Part shown: one piece after another, positions 58,785 to 64,000 of the stretch | Layout of the letters: the number at the start of each line of letters is the position of its first letter | How positions within the stretch are numbered: the stretch's first letter is position 1 | Origin: Aureliella sp. | GTDB taxonomy: Bacteria > Planctomycetota > Planctomycetia > Pirellulales > Pirellulaceae | DNA length: 64,000 nt | Direction of reading: 5' to 3' | Assembly: GCA_963691875.1 (NCBI GenBank) | Contig: OY829846.1 | Location: 4,096,001 to 4,160,000, forward strand | The notes under the pieces: generated by a model | Seen by the model: the letters and a program-made list of their open reading frames with translations, nothing else | Databases searched by the model: none | Told to the model about the DNA's origin: nothing | Translations under genes and position numbers: made by a program

Positions 58785-58835
58785 CACGTACATTTGTACG
58801 TGGCACGACCGATTGTAGGCGTACGTTTGTACGCC
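58785..58835. promoter_or_regulatory. Two BlaI-type operator palindromes
   Basis: CACGTACATTTGTACGTG (58785-58802, core TACA-TT-TGTA) and GGCGTACGTTTGTACGCC (58818-58835), 33 bp apart, just upstream of blaI. Confidence 0.8.
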
Positions 58836-59206
58836 GGCAATAGCGTTTCTTTCGCTGTTAAAGATTCGCAGGCCGCAAGGAACGCAGCAACTTTAAGGCT
58901 CGCAGGCAAAAGCAAGACGGAACCTATGCCGGTCGTTAAGCGCCGTTAAACGAAACGTGGAGGACTTATGAACTCGCCTACTAAGACGCCGGGTACTGTC
59001 ACAGTGCTGCGCTAGTTTCGGTCTACATTCTTCCGCCGCCGCCCAAGCGTTTGCCAATTGTCGGTTTGCGGTCTGTGATGCAGGCGATAAGATTCTTACT
59101 TACCAAGTCCTCCTTGCGATCGATCTTGCGGTTCCCTCGATCGAGGACTTTCAGACTTCTCCTGCACGAGCACCCTCTGGCTCGTCCAGCACCTGCAGAA
59201 CTCATC

Positions 59207-60859
59207 ATGACGAAACATATTTTCGTAACTGGCGGTGTCGTCAGTTCCATTGGCAAAGGATTGACCAGCGCTTCGATAGGAATGCTTCTCGAAGCCCGAG
59301 GACTCAAGGTGCGAATGCAAAAACTGGATCCGTATATCAACGTCGATCCAGGCACAATGAGCCCGTACCAGCACGGCGAGGTCTACGTGCTCGATGACGG
59401 CAGTGAAACCGATTTGGACTTGGGCCACTACGAGCGATTTACCGATGGTCCGCTGACTCGTGATTCGAATTACACAACGGGTCAGATCTATTTGTCCGTC
59501 ATCGAGAAGGAACGCAAGGGTCAGTTCTTGGGCAAGACAGTCCAAGTAATTCCGCACATCACTGATGAAATCAAGAGTGTGATCCGCAAAGTTGGCGAGC
59601 AAGATGTTGACGTGGTCATCACTGAAATTGGCGGCACGGTTGGCGACATCGAGAGCTTGCCCTTCTTAGAGGCGATTCGACAGTACCCATTGATCGCAGG
59701 GCAGGAAAACTGCTTGTTCATTCACTTGACGCTGGTGCCTTACCTGAAGGCCGCCGGAGAGCTAAAAACCAAGCCTACCCAGCACTCGGTGGGCCAGTTG
59801 CGTCAGATCGGTATTCAGCCTGACATCCTCATCTGCCGCTGTGAACAATCGATTTCACGCGACGAGCGTGACAAGATTGCATTGTTCTGCAACTTGCAGC
59901 CACAGGCGGTCATCGAGGAAAAGGACAAGGACTTTTCGATCTACGAAGTGCCTTTATCGCTGGTCAGCAACGGGCTGGACGAGCAGATCTGCAAGCGACT
60001 GGGACTCTCGACGTCGACACCCGACCTAGAGCCTTATAACGATATCTTGCATCGGCTCCGCAATCCCAAGCACGAGATTAGTATTGCAGTTGTTGGCAAA
60101 TACGCCGAGCACAAGGACGCGTACAAGTCGATTTACGAGTCCTTGGATCACGCTGGGATTCATCATCATGCCCAGATTCGTATCGGCCGGATCCAGAGTG
60201 CAGATATCGAAAACGAAGGCCCGGAGTGCTTGCTCAGTGGCTACGATGGAATCCTGGTTCCAGGTGGCTTTGGTGAGCGTGGCATCGAAGGCAAAGTCCA
60301 AGCTGTGCGATATGCTCGCGAAAAAGGCATTCCGTTTTTTGGAATTTGTCTGGGCATGCAGTGTGCCGTCATCGAATATGGTCGCAGTGTGATCGGCTTG
60401 GTGGATGCTCACTCCACGGAGTTCAATAAAGATACTCAGCACCCCGTTATTTGCTTGCTCGACGAGCAACGTGAAATCACGAACATGGGTGGCACCATGC
60501 GGCTGGGTGCTCAGCCATGCGTGCTGAGAGAAGAGACCAAGTCATTGAAGGCTTACGAGAACTCGGAGATCTCTGAGCGGCATCGTCACCGATACGAGTT
60601 CAACAATGTGTATCGGCAGCAGTTTACGGCCAACGGAATGGTCTTTGCCGGAACAAGCCCAGATGATGGTCTAGTTGAAATTGTTGAGATTCCAGATCAC
60701 CCCTGGTTTGTCGCCGTGCAGTTCCACCCTGAATTCAAGTCGAAGCCAACGAAGTCACACCCACTGTTCGCAAACTTTATTGAAGCCGCGATTGAACGAC
60801 GCAGCCGCAAAAGTTCTGCTTCTACGGAATCGCCCACCGATGGTGTACCTGTTTCCTAG
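59207..60859 (+). CDS. pyrG: CTP synthase
   Basis: [58 protein letters not shown]. Confidence 0.98.
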   Translation: MTKHIFVTGGVVSSIGKGLTSASIGMLLEARGLKVRMQKLDPYINVDPGTMSPYQHGEVYVLDDGSETDLDLGHYERFTDGPLTRDSNYTTGQIYLSVIEKERKGQFLGKTVQVIPHITDEIKSVIRKVGEQDVDVVITEIGGTVGDIESLPFLEAIRQYPLIAGQENCLFIHLTLVPYLKAAGELKTKPTQHSVGQLRQIGIQPDILICRCEQSISRDERDKIALFCNLQPQAVIEEKDKDFSIYEVPLSLVSNGLDEQICKRLGLSTSTPDLEPYNDILHRLRNPKHEISIAVVGKYAEHKDAYKSIYESLDHAGIHHHAQIRIGRIQSADIENEGPECLLSGYDGILVPGGFGERGIEGKVQAVRYAREKGIPFFGICLGMQCAVIEYGRSVIGLVDAHSTEFNKDTQHPVICLLDEQREITNMGGTMRLGAQPCVLREETKSLKAYENSEISERHRHRYEFNNVYRQQFTANGMVFAGTSPDDGLVEIVEIPDHPWFVAVQFHPEFKSKPTKSHPLFANFIEAAIERRSRKSSASTESPTDGVPVS

Positions 60860-60889
60860 TTCTTTCTGTTTGATGGCAGGGACGATTCG

Positions 60890-61966
60890 ATGAAGTCAGT
60901 AGCCATTCTCCAAGATTTGTTCGATCACAATGACTGGGCTAACCGGCGCGTCCTTTCCGTAGCAGCAGAGCTTAGTGACGAACAGCTGGATCAGCCGCGC
61001 GAGATGGGCTTCGGAACATTGCGCAACACTTTGTTTCATGTGCTGGAAGCTGAAAAACTCTGGTTAGAACGTTGGCAAGCTAAGCCATGGCGTGCTCTGC
61101 AGGCGGATGCCGAAGGCAAGAGCGTTGCCGACATCCAGGCTGAGTCAACTCGAACGGCCGAAGTCCGCAATGCGATGATTGAAGAAGAGTCCAATACGGG
61201 CTTTTCACGCGTTGTTGAATTCCAAGATAGTCAGGGGAATTCCTACAAACGGCCCATTGGTTCCTTGATGAGTCATGTAGCAAACCACGGGATTCATCAC
61301 CGGGCTCAAGCCCTGGGTTATCTCAAGGGCTTCGGCAAGAAGGTTCCTGGTGGTCTGGATTACATCTTCTACAAGATGGCCTATCCTTCGGCAGAACTCC
61401 CGGAAGAAAGTCTTGCGAAGTTACGCAAATATGGACTCGAGGCCGCCACCGATGAGGGAGCGGCTCCAGCTCTCGAGAAGAATCGTCTTCGAGCCTACTT
61501 CGAATATGCCGACTGGGCGATGAAGCGGGTGTTCGACGAATCTTCAGTGCTTTCGGATAAGCATTTAGATCAGCCTATTGATCTAGGCACTGGCACGCTG
61601 CGGAAAAACTTGAGACACATCCTGGACGCCGAACGTTGGTGGGTCGCGAATTGGGCCCAAGACCGATCACCCTTTCCGCGGGATGAAGAGCCGAGTTCGC
61701 TAGCTGACATTCGCCAGTGCTACGAGCAAACCTCCGTAGCTCGCAACGGAGTCGTCGCTGCACTTGACGAAACTTCCGCTCAGAGAATTGTTTATATTGA
61801 AGCGGGAGGTCCTAGCACCTGTTTTCGGGTTCTAGAATCGATGCTGCAACTCTGTTGCCATGGAACGCATCATCGTTCTCAGTGTGTGAACATGTTGCGA
61901 CAGCTGGGAATCACTTTTTCCTGGATTGACTATATCGTTTGGGTTCCTGAAAACTCAGGCAAGTGA
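60890..61966 (+). CDS. Tandem DinB family protein
   Basis: Two homologous halves: H..EAE..W...HGIHHRAQ and H..DAE..W...HGTHHRSQ. Confidence 0.88.
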   Translation: MKSVAILQDLFDHNDWANRRVLSVAAELSDEQLDQPREMGFGTLRNTLFHVLEAEKLWLERWQAKPWRALQADAEGKSVADIQAESTRTAEVRNAMIEEESNTGFSRVVEFQDSQGNSYKRPIGSLMSHVANHGIHHRAQALGYLKGFGKKVPGGLDYIFYKMAYPSAELPEESLAKLRKYGLEAATDEGAAPALEKNRLRAYFEYADWAMKRVFDESSVLSDKHLDQPIDLGTGTLRKNLRHILDAERWWVANWAQDRSPFPRDEEPSSLADIRQCYEQTSVARNGVVAALDETSAQRIVYIEAGGPSTCFRVLESMLQLCCHGTHHRSQCVNMLRQLGITFSWIDYIVWVPENSGK

Positions 61967-62008
61967 GACAACACAATAGAGAAGATTGAAACGACTTACG
62001 AGAAACCG

Positions 62009-62446
62009 ATGAGCGACGAACAAGAGCCTAAGATCATTATCGACGAAGATTGGAAGTCCCAGGTAGAACGCGAGCGGGAAGAGCTCAAAGCGCGGGAGGC
62101 TGCCGAGGAAACGGCAGCTGAGAAGGGCGAGTCTGAAGCAAGTGCTGAGACGACTTCGCAGCCTGAAGATGCCGGCGACATGCCTCCTATGCCTGAAGCT
62201 TCCTTTCCATTCTTGGTCACTAGTCTTGCTTCGCAGGCCGTGATGTCGCTTGGTCAAATGCCTGGTCCTGAGGGCCAGCCCGTTCCCGTCAACCTGAATC
62301 ACGCCAAGCATTTCATTGACACGCTCGGCATACTGGAAGAGAAGACCACGGGCAATCTGGACGAAGAAGAAGGCAAGTTCTTGCAGGAGACATTGCATCA
62401 AATCCGCATGATGTACGTCGCCATCCAGCAGCAGCAAGGTGGCTAG
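62009..62446 (+). CDS. DUF1844 domain protein
   Basis: IDEDWKSQV, AKHFIDTL.ILEEKT.GNL..EE..L...L...RM.YV. Confidence 0.85.
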   Translation: MSDEQEPKIIIDEDWKSQVEREREELKAREAAEETAAEKGESEASAETTSQPEDAGDMPPMPEASFPFLVTSLASQAVMSLGQMPGPEGQPVPVNLNHAKHFIDTLGILEEKTTGNLDEEEGKFLQETLHQIRMMYVAIQQQQGG

Positions 62447-62719
62447 CTATCATTTTATTGTGGGATTCGCCGGGATTCCTTGCCGCTAGATTCGCTAGTT
62501 CGGTGTCATGCGCTTGCACTGCAGGCGGACCGTCTTTCTCGTGTTCGAAATTCGGTATTCACTTTTCAGGTGGGTGCCGAAATTCTCGACGACTGCCGGC
62601 ACTGGTGAGCCGACAGGCTAATTCGTTGTGGGAGCTATGTTCCCAGACTCATGATTCCGCCCACTGCACCTGGATTTCTCACGAAATCCAAGCCGGACAG
62701 CCTCTTTACCTTGAACTAT

Positions 62720-62742
62720 GATGGTGCAAATCTTGCACCATC
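62720..62742. promoter_or_regulatory. Perfect 10-bp palindrome next to a ribosome-binding site
   Basis: GATGGTGCAA-ATC-TTGCACCATC, 3 nt before the AAGGAGG SD. Confidence 0.5.
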
Positions 62743-62758
62743 CTCAAGGAGGCACATC

Positions 62759-64000
62759 ATGCTTTCGAAGGCTTGGCCAACGGCCTTGAATTCCACCCTA
62801 GCGATTTTTGCGACTGCAGTTTTTACTTACCCCAGCGTCTGTTCTGCGCAGCCTGAGACTGACGGCAGCGGATTCCTAGAGGCTCTCTCTGGACTCGAGT
62901 ACCGTTCGATCGGTCCTTACCGAGGAGGAAGGTCTGCAGCTTGCACCGGTGTTCCAGGCAGTCCGATGACTTACTACTTTGGAGCGGCTGGCGGTGGAGT
63001 CTGGAAGACTGAAGACGGTGGCTCTAATTGGAAGTGCGTTTCTGACGGCTTCTTCGGCGGCTCGATCGGCTCTGTTGCAGTAGCGGAATCCAATCCAAAC
63101 ATCGTCTACGTCGGTGGTGGTGAAGTCACGGTGCGAGGAAATGTTTCGCACGGCAATGGCATGTGGAAGTCCATCGATGCGGGCAAGACCTGGAAGCAGA
63201 TTGGGTTAGACGACTCGCACTGCATTCCGCGTTTGAGAATAGACCCTAGCGATCCGAATACGGTATATGCAGCAGTTCTCGGGCATCTCTACGGCCCCAA
63301 CCAAGAACGTGGTGTCTACAAGTCCACGGATGGAGGCGAAACTTGGAAACGTATTCTGTTCGTGAATGACGAAGTCGGTGCTGTCGATTTGGTCATGGAC
63401 CCAAGTAACTCTCGCACGCTCTACGCTGCGACTTGGCGCGTTCTGCGAACTTCTTACAGCCTGGAAAGCGGTGGTGAAGGATCGGGACTTTGGAAGAGTG
63501 AAGATGCGGGTGAAACCTGGTCGGAAATCTCCCGCACAACAGGATTACCGAAAGGCACTCTCGGCATCATTGGTGTTACCGTCTCACCTGTGAACCCAAA
63601 TCGTGTCTGGACGATCATCGAAGCTGCCGATGGTGGCGTTTTCCGATCAGACAACGCTGGCGAGAGCTGGACGAAAGTCAACGACGAACGCAAGTTGCGT
63701 CAACGCGCTTGGTACTACACACGTATTTACGCTGGCACGCAGGATATTGATGAAGTCTACGTATTGAACGTAAGTTTTCATCGCTCGACCGATGGCGGCA
63801 AGACCTATTCTTCCATTCGAACACCTCATGGCGATCACCATGATCTGTGGATTGCACCGGATGACAGTGATCGTATGATCATCGCCGATGACGGCGGCGG
63901 ACAAGTCAGCTTCGATCACGGTGAGAATTTTTCGACTTATTACAACCAGCCGACAGCCCAGTTTTATCGTGTCACGACGGATAATCACTTTCCGTATCGG
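62759..64000 (+). CDS. Exported BNR/Asp-box (VPS10-like) beta-propeller glycosyl hydrolase-like protein, 3'-truncated
   Basis: Absent from the ORF track because it has no stop in the window. Manual translation gives MLSKAW..signal peptide..YRSIGPYRGGRS..GGVWKTEDGG, with repeated S/T-x-D-x-G-x-x-W boxes; AAGGAGG SD. Confidence 0.9.
   Translation, partial: MLSKAWPTALNSTLAIFATAVFTYPSVCSAQPETDGSGFLEALSGLEYRSIGPYRGGRSAACTGVPGSPMTYYFGAAGGGVWKTEDGGSNWKCVSDGFFGGSIGSVAVAESNPNIVYVGGGEVTVRGNVSHGNGMWKSIDAGKTWKQIGLDDSHCIPRLRIDPSDPNTVYAAVLGHLYGPNQERGVYKSTDGGETWKRILFVNDEVGAVDLVMDPSNSRTLYAATWRVLRTSYSLESGGEGSGLWKSEDAGETWSEISRTTGLPKGTLGIIGVTVSPVNPNRVWTIIEAADGGVFRSDNAGESWTKVNDERKLRQRAWYYTRIYAGTQDIDEVYVLNVSFHRSTDGGKTYSSIRTPHGDHHDLWIAPDDSDRMIIADDGGGQVSFDHGENFSTYYNQPTAQFYRVTTDNHFPYR

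Noticed and set aside
58801..58816. Possible sigma-54 promoter TGGCACG-ACCGA-TTGT toward pyrG
   Set aside because: Spacing is off by one and the -12 GC is absent; the region is better explained by the BlaI boxes.
1..64000. CRISPR array, rRNA, tRNA, transposase or integrase
   Set aside because: No regularly spaced repeat-spacer array, RNA gene signature or recombinase motif was recognised; the repeats found are dispersed.

Overview
Gene-dense chromosomal segment. The gene families (DUF1501, DUF1549/DUF1553, planctomycete cytochrome c, DUF1559, DUF3500, DUF1844) point to a Planctomycetota, probably Pirellulaceae-like, genome; this is an inference. Left to right: end of an ABC-2 transporter operon, a GT2 glycosyltransferase, a ThiF/MoeB protein, and csrA with a consensus sigma-54 promoter. 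Then a DUF1501-DUF1549/1553-PPC-WD40/cytochrome c cluster, a redoxin, galM, an ECF sigma/anti-sigma/PDZ module and a Cus-type Cu/Ag RND efflux locus with two Cys-rich accessory proteins. Next come a DUF1559/lipoprotein pair, YihY, a second DUF1501/PSD1 pair, and a divergently split T2SS/type IV pilus-like locus (three GspF/PilC paralogues, a short GspE, three pseudopilins, a DUF1559 pilin, no secretin). The right end holds an arginine succinyltransferase operon with an M20 hydrolase but no astE, a BlaI repressor with TACA-NN-TGTA boxes beside a doubly broken BlaR1(M56)-secretin-like gene, pyrG, a tandem DinB protein, DUF1844 and a partial BNR/VPS10-type gene. The strongest sequence-level observation is a dispersed GTAG-tagged REP-like repeat family that has inserted in-frame into two genes (astB and the N-terminus of a DUF1549 gene). 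No rRNA, tRNA, CRISPR array or transposase was recognised. All calls are by eye, without database searches.
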